From Anthoceros angustus (taxonomy: Eukaryota > Plantae > Anthocerotophyta): a stretch of 64,000 nt of DNA. The stretch covers positions 930,001 through 994,000 of the forward strand of contig MU008181.1 of the NCBI GenBank assembly GCA_010909165.1, written 5' to 3'. The stretch's first letter is position 1. Each line of letters begins with the position of its first letter. Position numbers and translations under genes: made by a program. The notes under the pieces were generated by a model, which saw only the letters and a list, made by a program, of their open reading frames with translations, searched no databases and was not told the origin of the DNA. Positions 23,650 through 34,588 of the stretch are shown piece after piece.

Positions 23650-26485
23650 TTAATGTAAATAAATTGCAACTTGATGGAAACCCGAGTACCCATCACAAAA
23701 AGAATATATCTCATGGCCTGATACCTCATCCAGTATTTCGTCTACACGTGGTAGAGGGAACTTATCCTTCTTGGTGGCTTTGTTCAGCTCCCTGAAGTCA
23801 ACACACATGTGAATTTTGCCATTCTTCTTCATTGATATCACGATTGGAGACACCCATTCAGGATATTGGACTTCCTCAATACACCCTGCAGCTTTTAACC
23901 TCATGACCTCCTCTCGTACCTAATCCCTACCACATGCAACTTCGTGTTGGATGCATCCTTGAAGACCTCTTTGCAAGGCAGCTTCCTTGCAAATGCCAAA
24001 TTGAGGTCCTCAAGCCACCCTGTATTGATTAGGTTGGTGGATGAACCACTGTCAATAACAACATCTGGAACTTCTACCCCGTTTATCCATGCCGTAACGG
24101 CCGGAGAATCATTTTTCCTGAGCCATCCAGCTGGACGTGCTGATGAACTGGTCTCTCTAGATCGGCTTATTTTTACCCTTCTTTGATTTAGGCTCTCTTG
24201 TGCTCAACGCAGCTGTGATTTCTCTACGGGCAGCAGGAAGGATCCCGAATAGCTGGCGAAATGCATTTTGACTTCACGATCTGCAAGATCTTCAACAAGC
24301 GAATATGAAGTAGCACCACAAGCAATCGGTGGTACAGTAGTCCCTTTGCGTCATCACCTCCTAGACTTCTCAATCAAACTAGCGTCCTCCATCTCTACCT
24401 CTGGTCCAGCTGTAGTAGTGCTTCCCTTCTTTTGTTGTTTTGCTCGTGGTTTCTCATCATCTTCATTGTCAGATCTTGGGGAACGCTTCTCGTCAGCTAC
24501 TGCTGCTAACACTGGAAATGTCTTGATTACAGGTGTCCTTGTTGGCATACTGCCCTCAGCGAAAACTCCTCGGATTGTGACTTCCTCTTTCGTGGAATTT
24601 GAGTTACCCTAATCATCTAACTTGTGCACAGGTACCGCTCCTCGGCCTCGGCCTCGCACTCCACCACCGCGCCCACGACCGATGCTAGATGGGTTCTTGG
24701 GACACCTCTAGTCAATATGGCCATGTTCTCCACAGCTCACACATGGTGTGTTCATACAGTAGCCAGTCGTGTGTTCCGGGGAACCGCATTTCTTACAAGG
24801 TTCTCTCGGTCTTGGCATGTTGGGCTCGTGGCTTCTCTGGCTCCTCTCTATTGTCATCTTGGCGATCATGGCTTCGGGGCGGTGCTCTTGTAGGGCAATC
24901 TTGCGCTGAAGAGTCCGAGTCTGAAGATCGACTTCTGCTTCGGCATCGCTCTTGATGTCGAGGCTTGGCTGCTCTGGTATGAACGAGTCTTTGGATGATA
25001 GACTTCGTGTTAACTAAAATGCCTTGAGTACAGCCTTCTTATCCAAGTTTCGTGGTGAGCCTTTCTACAAGGATTTTAAGGACCAGTTGGACTACCTGTA
25101 TCAAGAAAGCCGTGAGTCTATTGCTGCGTACGTGGAGCGAACAAGGACCTCGGTCAAAAGGCTTGGATACACGAAGGAAGGAGGCAAGCTCAAGAAGGTG
25201 AGGAGGAAATTCATACATGGCTTGAGGAACGAGTTCTATACTCGCGGGATGGAGGATGAAGAGAAGACATTAGATGAAGTCATCGAACTGGCCATCCAAA
25301 AAAACCAAGGTTTCTACCACACTTCTGATTCCCCTTACAGGGATGCAGAGAAATACTTCAAGTATTTCTTCTCTATACCCATTAGGCGGGCTTTTAAGAT
25401 TTTCCTAAAAGGCCACAAATGATCATCAGGGTCTTCATTTGGAGACCCGTAATATTGTGGCAAGACATTGGGATCCAAGCCCGGCGTCAGAGATAAGTCT
25501 GACCCAGAATACCCCATAATGCCTTTGCATACTGCCAATCAATTCTTAGACTTCTAGCTCTGATACTTTGACTCTGTGTGAGCAACTGACCTCTTCAATG
25601 ACAAGAAATTTTGGGTGATCCATATATGTATCACAAAAGCTTGGATAAATCTAAAGGAGGGAGATGGGAGCCCACAGGTAGGTGTGCTACCCCTGTCTTC
25701 TATGTTCTACACTTTCTACTATGGTTTACCTTGTTTCTGTAACTCTAGAGATGCTGATTCAGGACGTGTATACTACCCAAGGTGTGCACAGAATGGTGTC
25801 TACAAGAGACCCATAACTCTACACATTAACTCTCTCTCTACAACAAGACAACAGACCTACCTAGACTTGGAGTGTCCTCACACTTGGAGAAGCATGGCAT
25901 ATAAACAGCCCCCTAGTCCCTCTCAGACCCACCTATGGGTGTATGATTAGGCAGCACCAAGGGCCTATAGACACATGTATGTTTAAGGTCTCATACTGAC
26001 AGGGAACCTACAGGACTTCAACAAATTGCTCAGCACATCTTCGACAATTCGGCTCTCAGGTGCCTAGACAACAACTGTTACATTAATCTAGAACTGAGAT
26101 GCATGCACAATAAGTAGAATCTCAGTCCTAGCACAAACTGTTGAGGAAGGTCACCCTAGGACTAGAGATCCCGAGCTAGTTGACTCATCAAGACTGCTAA
26201 GGAAGAAGAGAGGAGGAGCAAGGGATCTCGAGCCAAGAAGCTCCTTTCATGGTACGGGAAGCAAAGCCTCATCCATTACTTGAATCCCCTCGTACAGAGT
26301 AGCTAGCCCTCTTCATATAGCTGGAGGGGCTCCTAAAATTAGGAATGTCTTGAAACCCTTGGCGCCCTTTCGCATGCTACCCTATAGAACCGTTTATCAC
26401 CATGCCTTATTGCCTACTATAAATAGATCAATAAAAACCAGCCACACAAATTGCTTTATGCTTATCCCTTACTCTCACTCCCACA
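23650..26485 (-). mobile_element. 3'-truncated Ty3/gypsy LTR retrotransposon with non-chromovirus-type RT: 5' LTR, PBS, gag, protease, partial RT
   Basis: Degenerate Met-PBS (gctctgatac on +, ~25557-25566); gag start PQYYGSPNEDPDDHL; two CCHC knuckles (CKKCGS.EHTTGYC, CVSCGEHGHID*RC); protease VVIDSGSSTNLI (~24030-24065); RT YPEWVSPIV..CVDFRELNKATKKDKFPLPRVDEILD..FCDGYSGFHQV. No RNase H, integrase or 3' LTR. Confidence 0.85.
25569..26485 (-). repeat. Putative 5' LTR (~917 bp) of the truncated gypsy element
   Basis: On the minus strand it starts TGTGGGAG and ends ..GAGTCA next to the PBS. No second LTR is available to confirm the boundaries. Confidence 0.55.
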
Positions 26486-28430
26486 GAACCAAGTGAAATA
26501 TTGTTGCATAGCATTAGTATTAAATTCAGAACGACTTATTGGTAAAGTATTGTAAGGTGTGAGTGTGTTTTGAGAAAATGTATGTGCAAGGAGGCAAGTT
26601 GTAGACTTCCAAGAATAGGTAGTATGTTGTAAGTGGAGATGCGTTTTAGGAAAAAGCTGCCATCCCAACATTGGAATGTTGCGGCCGCTCTTGAAAGTGA
26701 TGGTGTTTTTAAAAGGAGGAGTTTGCTATAAGAAGCACTCTAGCCATGTACCACAATAAGTAATGTTAGCACAAGAGCCATAGCTCCTGCACATCTGTTT
26801 CCTCGATGCTTCGAGCTCTATTACGTTTCGATATATATGATTGTAGCCAGTTGAGGTGCTGGGAGATTTTCAGCTCCTTTTATTCTTTGTAGGTGTGGTA
26901 GGAGTCTATTTGCCTAGGCAGGCCAATCCTTTCATGTCTCTTTAGCACACCAGTATCTTGGTGTGCTGAAATTATTGTTTGCTAGGTCGTTGGTCCTTTG
27001 CTGCTCAAGGTGTCTGTTGAGCTCAAGAATCCCAAGAGTGGGTTGGTAGATGGCTGGCGGTGATCTATGAGGCTCACCCACTGTGGCCTCTCACCAAGAT
27101 CAGCAAGGCCGTACCATCTATTGTGAAAGGTTCAGTCCTAAGCTAAGAAGGCTTGAGGAGATTGAGGCCCCTCGCCACCTACCTCCTGTCACCTAGTTAG
27201 ATAGAATAGTAGATTAACAGTACCCATGACAAAGTATCGATGCTTTGTACCGACACTAACTCACTAACCTTTCACCTCAGGATATCAGTGAATTGGCATT
27301 CTCCCGAGAAGCATCTCCCTCGCAACCCGATTTGCACATTCCCTCCAAGCCTCTAGTCACCACCACCATGTTCTTTGTCAACATCATCACCACCCTGTAC
27401 GCCGCCAGTCGGCAACATATTTAGTCGAACGAAACCTGTTTAGATGACTCGTGCCCATCACCCGAAATGCATTATGAACTCAACACCTAATATCTGCTTT
27501 CTGGACTTCCCTGACTAGGGAGAGGAGTAAGCATTCAATGGAGACGATTCTTAGGCCTAGTGGCCAAACCTAATGGCCCAACATTGAGTTCCTCGAATGC
27601 CCAGAAATTGGGCTGTAGAAATGGTATCCATATTATATCATATCCCACAAAGTAACTGAGATAACATTCTAACAAACTACGATCATGTATGTGTAGCATT
27701 GATATTAGATTTGGAATGCCTTATTGATAGAGTGTTAAAAGGTGTGAGTGTGTTTTGAGAAAAAGTGTGTGTGCGAGGAAGCAAGTTGAAGGCTTAATAA
27801 ATACACACACACGCACACGATTGATAATGAATACTATAAGCTTGCAGAGTTGCTTTGGTCGATGTTCTGCAAGGTTTTGTGCCGCCTCAACTCGGCTGCC
27901 AGTGTCTCGTCCTCCTCTCGCTCGCCAGCTCCTTGTTGCACTATTCACTACTTGCTCCCATGCTCTCTCCGCTGCACCTATTTTCCTGAAATGGATAATG
28001 ATTTATCTACCTTTTAATTCTAGATAATAGACAAACATCTTTTTATTAATTTATAATTTCCTTGTCACATAATTAATAAATAATTAAGTGCTATTAACCA
28101 ATATGATGACACCACACAACTACTCACAAGAGAGGTTTGTTGATTATTGCCCCTGTCACCATGTACTGGGTAAATGGTAAATGAGTTATGTGGTAATGAG
28201 AGGTCGTTTGTCCTCGAGTAAGAGAAAACTTATGTATTAGTCATTTTTGTGCTAATCCAAATCATAAACTTGCCTTGAGCTCTCTATATTTGTGGAAGAG
28301 CACCATGGCGAGAGATTGCAACTCTGTGCTTCTATGCATATAATACATGCATGATTTATTCACGTTGACAGAGTTGTATTGTGCAAAAGTTGTGCGAGGA
28401 GCGCAACAGGAAGGTCATTTGTCATCACGT

Positions 28431-28583
28431 GTTGAATCTACATTAAATGCATCACCGATCGGGTGCGTCTTGGGGATCATGGTCGAATCTGTAATAAAGG
28501 CATGGGGGACTGGGTGCCTCTCGAGGATTCTGGTTGAATTTGTGATGAATACACCGCCGATTGGGTGCTTCTCGGGGATTATG
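28431..28583. repeat. 3 x 51-bp degenerate tandem repeat (17-aa HP-containing unit on the minus strand)
   Basis: Units start gt[t/c]gaat at 28431, 28482 and 28533 and share gggtgc. Minus-strand translation: TIIPEKHPIGGVFITNS / TRILERHPVPHAFITDS / TMIPKTHPIGDAFNVDS. Confidence 0.8.
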
Positions 28584-29214
28584 GTCTCAACCTTAGGCCT
28601 TTTGTTCTTCATACTTCCGCTGGAATCAAAAGTTGGTGGATTAAATGACATTGCTGCAATGCGGGACATTCCAAGGAGCTGGATTTTGGAAGAGCTCCAA
28701 AGCATCTGGCATGAGAGATCCCTTTTGTAGGACAGGCTTCCAGTGTTGCAAACTTCTTCCGCATCGCTCTGACTTGGCCACACCAGTCCATACTCGACAT
28801 CCTCTGGTTGTGTCTCCAGGCGCTCACCTTGTGATCATTACCATTATTGAGTGGGAGAGGGATCTCGCACGATAGAACTCACATAACGCACTAATATAAT
28901 GTATGACGATTTCTGTCGAAATACATACGTTCGTAAGTGTGAACAACTGACAAAATTTTGCACGCAACTATGAACAAATATGGTGGTAGTAATCTTTTTG
29001 GCATTAATTCGAGGTAATAACCTTCCCAAAATGCATAAGGAAGAGAAAGCAAATCCTACCTTTTATCTTAGTTCTTTCTCCCTAAGGAAGAGAAAGCAAA
29101 TCTCTTCTTTCGCCTTAAGATGGATTCTCATGTAATTGATCAAATATAAATATTAAAAAATATAATATATAGTATAAGTATGTATATAAAAGAATCTATT
29201 CCAATAGGACGTAA

Positions 29215-29421
29215 GGAAAAAAGACATAAGTGAAATCAAAACTCAAAAAGGGAACCAACGAAAAGCAAGCCAATCTACCTACAACCCAATAATTGACCTT
29301 ACAAGTATGTATGCTAAACGACCTATCCCAACACGAGCTTGAGGAAAAAGACATAGGTAGTGATATCAAAACTGAAAAAGAGGGAGCCAACGGAAAGCAA
29401 GCACATCTACCTACCTACAAC
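29215..29421. repeat. Imperfect ~75-80-bp direct repeat pair upstream of COX5B
   Basis: aggaaaaa(a)gacata.gt..a.atcaaaact.aaaaag.gg.accaacg.aaagcaagc..atctacctac..aaccc at ~29215 and ~29343. Confidence 0.75.
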
Positions 29422-30232
29422 CCAGCCCCCCGATTACCGATAACACATGCGAATTTCCCTGCCGCAACCCTAGCTATGTTATTATGGCCTAATATATCTA
29501 CTTCCGCTCCGTTTCCTCCGCTCTTTGCCTGATCGCCTGCTGGCGGGAGCAAATCACTTCCGCCTCACGCTGCATGCGTGTCGCGGCGCAACTCGGATCT
29601 GTGTCATCGTGTGACATCTGCGACTGCTCCCGATCCAGAAGACTATAGGAATTTTCCCTGCTCAGAGCTGAACGCTTGGGAGGTCCTTAACAGACTTCCG
29701 CACTGGATGCTGGTAAGGGCTTGCCCTGAATGTCATCGCCAGGTCTGAGTAGAGCGTTAGTGGTTTTGTGGCTCGTTGTTGCGGTGATGGTTGTGTCAGG
29801 CGGAATTTTACGGTGAGGCTGCATGGTTTTTTGGTGAGAATGTGTGAGATCTGTTGGTTCTGATGACGGGCACATCTGCTGGACTGTGTGTTGCACTAGG
29901 GTTGAGGAGTTGTCGCTGATGTGATGACTTCTGTAGCTGCATTGTGCGGCTTGATCTTGCCTGCTAGAGCATGCTTGTCGGAAGGGAACTTAATGCGGTG
30001 CAGCGGAGGTATATGAAGGGCCTTCCGGGTCGGCGCCGTGCTCTGACGAAGCGTTTGCAGAGGGAAAGTCGGTAAAGCGCCTTTAGGATCGAGATGTGTG
30101 GTTTAACTATAATTTGTGCATTTTCCCCAGGTGCAGGGGCCTTAAGCGAGCGTTTGAGGCGGGGTTGATTCTTTAAGAATTGGATCTGGGTAGGTTTGTT
30201 GACTCCAGCTCGAAATTCGGAGTGTTGGAAAC

Positions 30233-30802
30233 ATGTCAAGGTCGTTGGGCAGGCTTCTCCGCCACGGGGCGATCTTGCGCAGCAGTGGCACCGCTGCGGG
30301 AGGCACAACCTCAGGTGCTGTCGCGGCTGGAGTTGCCGCCCCTTCCCAGAGTGTCGCATCATCTCTGGTTTTCCAGAATGAGATTTTGTGGATTTCTTCG
30401 TCGCAGCCGCACCGTTGTTTTTCATGCTCAGGAGGATGGTTGCATGGAAGCCGTGTGTTGATGAGTTCTGCGAAGAAGAGCGATGCCTCGGCTTTGAGCG
30501 ATAGGAGCCTGCAACATGCTACGGGTCTCGAACGTGAAGAATTGGAGGCTGAGCTCCGGGGGGAGCAGCGTTTTGAAATGGAACCTCCCCGTGGGCCTTT
30601 TGGCACTAAGGAAGCGCCTGCTATTATTCCGTCGCACTTCGACGAGCGTATTGTTGGCTGTTCAGGAGGTGTGGGTGAAGACGAGCATGATGTGGTTTGG
30701 TTCAGGCTAAAGAAGGGAGAAACCTACGAGTGCCCTGTTTGTACTCAGGTGTTCCAGCTGAAGACCATCGGAGCGGGAGGTCGGCCAGGAGGCCATCATT
30801 AG
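30233..30802 (+). CDS. COX5B: Cytochrome c oxidase subunit 5b, mitochondrial precursor (189 aa, uninterrupted CDS); probable 5'-UTR intron 29713-30130
   Basis: HATGLEREELEA, GPFGTKEAPAII.S.FDERIVGC.GG, EDEHDVVWFRL.KG...ECPVCTQVF with the Zn ligands intact; Ser/Arg/Ala-rich N-terminal presequence; UTR intron GTAAGG..ttttccccAG. Confidence 0.95.
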   Translation: MSRSLGRLLRHGAILRSSGTAAGGTTSGAVAAGVAAPSQSVASSLVFQNEILWISSSQPHRCFSCSGGWLHGSRVLMSSAKKSDASALSDRSLQHATGLEREELEAELRGEQRFEMEPPRGPFGTKEAPAIIPSHFDERIVGCSGGVGEDEHDVVWFRLKKGETYECPVCTQVFQLKTIGAGGRPGGHH

Positions 30803-31352
30803 AAGCCTTCCAACCGAGTATGAAGGGAACCGGGCAAGAAGCAGTGCAGCTTACCTTAAAACTATCATCCGGTTGCTGGGATTGGAGTCTCACAAGCAGG
30901 AAGAACTGGCGGTTTGTGCATCATCTGACTGAAAGGCTCCGTTTGGGGGCTTGTTAAACTTCAGGCTTCTTTTGTACTTCGACCTCTCAGTTGGAAGTTT
31001 TGAGTTTTGCAAACTGGACTTCTTCACGCCATTTTGAATAAACTGCTCTCGATTTTCAGCAAAGTGGTGGGGCACCGCTCCTCAGTAGGCCTTGGTCTGG
31101 TGCGTGTTGGAAATGAACTGTGGCGGTGTTATCAGCAAGCCCATGTAAGGAGTCCAACTAACAGCCCTACTCGGCCGCACATGTTGCTGACAAGTAGAAC
31201 AATTGCAGCGTGTTCACGAAGACTGCTTTAGAGGTTAGAGGTAGCTAAGTGGTGAAGAGTGGCATCTTGAATGTTCTGTTTCACCGTTTCTTCGAGGTTT
31301 CAGAACTCTTACCTCTTTCAAAGTGTACATTCTAGACTACCGGAAACGCTGG

Positions 31353-33670
31353 TCAGGAACAGTTGTCGAGAGCCCTCTTGGCTTGTGTCTTGACCGCCTG
31401 AGAGCTTGATTGCTTGAGATGCTTTAACAAAGGAACAGCCCCTGCTTGCCTGATCCATTCCTTGGTTTCTTCGCTGAATGCCAGATTGGCAAGAGCGCCA
31501 GCTGCGTACTCCTGAACTATGGTGGACATGCTCCTGAGCAGGAGAGTGAGGTTGTGTAGAGCTCCCTTGGTGTTTGCGATAGCTTGACCATTATCACTAG
31601 TCACTGACAAGTTGTACAAGGCACCTGCAGCGTTCTGGTGGACCAAGGTGGAAGTGGATTCAAGCAGGTCGACCAGTCTGAAGAAGACATTGGGTACGCT
31701 GGAGATACTCCTGCGGTTGGACCCATTGTAGGAAAGGTTCATGAGAGCCCCAGCTGCCTTTTCTTGGACCAGAGTGCAATCCGAAGCAAGAAGGTCCACC
31801 AATCTCTGAAGAGCTCCCGGCGCAGCACCAATTCTGAGTTTGTTTTTGGTGGTGGTGTTGGAGATGTTCCACAGGGCACTTGCTGCATTCGCTTGGGCAC
31901 CAAGAGAGTCGAGAAAGAGCAGATCAACAAGCTTCTGTATGGCACCTTCCTCATCACCAATTCGCTTCCTGTTGTCCAAATTGAAGGAGAGGCTTTCAAG
32001 AACCTTGACGGCGCTCTCTTGAACGCTGAGAACCGGTGAGTCTAGCATGGCAACCAGCCTAGAGATGGAAGACGTCTGGGCTGCAATCGTCACTTCGTTC
32101 TCGTCAGGAATGGACAGCCTCCACAGAGCTATGGCAGCCTTTTCCTGGATGATAGTAGATTCTGAAAATAGAAGTCCTACCAGCCTCAGCACGGCCCCCT
32201 CTGAAACAGCAATCTGCATGAGAGGAGGGGGAAACTTCTGCAAAACATCCAGGCCCTTCATCTGCTCCGCGTGAGTCTCAGCTTCAAGACAGGCCACCGC
32301 CCACCCAACCACCCCTGCTGAAGCAAGATCTTCCAGTTTCCTTGTCACCTACAGAAAGACGCACAATTGTCAGTGTTAGTTAGGAGACTTGAGCGAGCTT
32401 AAAAGTCTAGGTTGCTGCAGCATCGACATCAGGGCGATTCAGTCCAGACCTGGTTCCGCGAAAATGGAACGTGTATGTCCGCCCCAAGAAGTGCGAGAAG
32501 CTTCTCTGAGGCTGAGGCAGTCGCCAGAACGTTTCCTCGGAACGATTTCTCTCTGCAAAGGTTTTGCAAAACAGCTGCTGCACAAAACTGCACTGCAGGA
32601 GCTGGAGAGTTGAAGAGCTTCACAAATATCCCAGCAGCTCCTGGAAACCCTGCGATGCTCAACCTGTGCTGTGGCACCACGCAGAGCTCCCACAGAACCC
32701 CAGCGGCGTTTGCCTGCACTCTGGGAGAGCTGACCGCCAGGAGCTGCATCAGTTTGGGGATGATTCCTGGAAGAGCAAATCTCCGGACATCTATCCTGTC
32801 GTTGTTCTTGAGCAGGGTCCTCACGATGGCAACGGCTCCGTGCTGAATGTCTCCCGTAGCAGAGATGATGAGGGAGCCCAGTTGCTCCAGCGCCCCTGCT
32901 GTGGAGCATATCTTCTCCCGAGTCTCCAGGTCGGAGGCCAGGCTCTGAAGGTTGGCCATGGTCTGCTTCTGCACAGTGTGAGAAGGACAACTCAGAAGAT
33001 GCACCAGAGCCTCCAGCCCGCCCACTCGGCAGAAGTGCTCCAGCTCGTTCATGGTGAAGGACTTGTACAGGGACGAGCCCATGTTGTACTTGCTGGTTCT
33101 CAGCCTGGCCACAAGCTTGAGTATCTTCCTGGGACATGGATGAGACGCGGCGTTTTCCAGCTCCCGCAGCGACTCCTTCAACTTGAGAAGCGGGTCGGTG
33201 GAACACACGTTGCTGATCCTCCTCGGTTCCTGTACTTCAATGGAGCTGTTGCTGTCGGGTCCTATTCCAGGTTTGGTCATCTGATGGGTGTTGCAGTATG
33301 TATTGTACAGAGAAACCGCATGCCTAATGCGGTTCCTTGCATCCGCTAGACGACGACTGAGAGTCCTCATCTGCAGGATGTGAATATTGGCTAATATATA
33401 CTCATCCAGTGCTCCCCTTGCCTCCTCTAGAGCTTTGCACATAAGCTGTACCACTCTGAAGAAGTTCCTGTCGAAGTGGCTGTTCCCGGTATTCAAGGCG
33501 GGAATCACCTCCGCTACGACGGAGGGGAGAAAGCGAAGGTCCGTCTGCAGCTCCCACGCTACTTGGTCCTTGATCTTGGCCTCGTCTATGAGCGCATCCA
33601 CTTGGTTATACAGACTGATGAGAGTGCCCACCACCGACGATATAGGCACGACTTCGGAGGAATCCTGCAT
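31353..33670 (-). CDS. Armadillo-repeat protein with N-terminal four-helix-bundle-like domain and no U-box (~738 aa, 2 coding exons: 33670-32450, 32348-31353)
   Basis: Phase-0 101-bp GT-AG intron joins RNQ|VTRK. About 10-11 ARM units (GALxxLVxLL..S....QEKAAGALxNLS). N-terminal ~125 aa are amphipathic helices. An acceptor (ctcAG) lies just before the ATG, so an upstream exon may exist. Confidence 0.85.
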
Positions 33671-34488
33671 ATCTGAGACACACAAACAGGCCTGCATGTT
33701 GAGCACGGCTCCCCATGCCAACTTCCACACAACTGCCGAGAACAGAGACCCTCAAAGGAGCACGAACACTTACGGAAGGTGGAGGAGAAGTGCATTGCAT
33801 CGAGAGCATTCTGTCCCTTCCTAGCATTGGGCGGCTGGTACAGATGGCCAAACGGTGACCGCAATCGCCCGAATGAAAAACTCATCCCGCCGCCCCTGAC
33901 TGCGCAACGCCAAGAGAAAGCCGGACACAAGTTTCACAGTGATCACCGATTTCAACTGCAGGAAAAGAAGCGCAACAAGGATGCCGCTACAACGACAGAT
34001 CTCCGAGGGAAGCAGCAAGCAAAGAGACAGTCTCTCATTGTGTACACAAGCAAGTACCTGAGTCCTGCCGTTATGCCGGAGCGGAACCAACTCGGCTGCA
34101 GCCTCCTGACTCAGCCTTCGAAGCTCACAGCACTTGATCTGACGAGGAGCACGGATTGCATTGACAGGGGGGAGCAAGAGTGCCCGAATTCGACCTGGTC
34201 ACGGGGACACAGGCGCAAATCCCTGTGCTCCAGCCTCATGGCGATCCCAGGAAGACACGGCCTTGATGCCGCTGCTCGAACCTTCCAAGCTTTCAGCGAT
34301 GGAAATCAAGTCCGCATGGCGCATTGCCGTCCGACGGACAAGAACGGGGCCCCTCACGACTCCAGGAGCCAACAAGATTCACGATCCGACGTCCGGCAGA
34401 CTAGAGAGTAACCAGGGAGCTCGCCCCCTTGTTACGGCGCAGAGAGCAAAGAGAGGGCCCAGCTGGAGCCGGCCTAAAATCCCACCAG

Positions 34489-34588
34489 CTCCTGCAGAGA
34501 CTTTCTGTAGAACTCCTGTAGCGCTCTTGTACGCCTGCTGTAGAGCCGGTGTAGCGCTCCTGTAGAGCTTTTGTAGCGCTCCTGTAAG
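34489..34588. repeat. ~9 x 11-bp degenerate minisatellite (consensus CTCCTGTAG[C/A]G)
   Basis: ctcctgcagag, ctttctgtaga, ctcctgtagcg, ctcttgtacgc, ctgctgtagag, ccggtgtagcg, ctcctgtagag, cttttgtagcg, ctcctgtaagc in series. Confidence 0.8.

Noticed and set aside
28431-34588. CRISPR-like interpretation of the short repeat arrays
   Set aside because: Eukaryotic locus; units are contiguous and degenerate, without unique spacers, and there are no cas genes.
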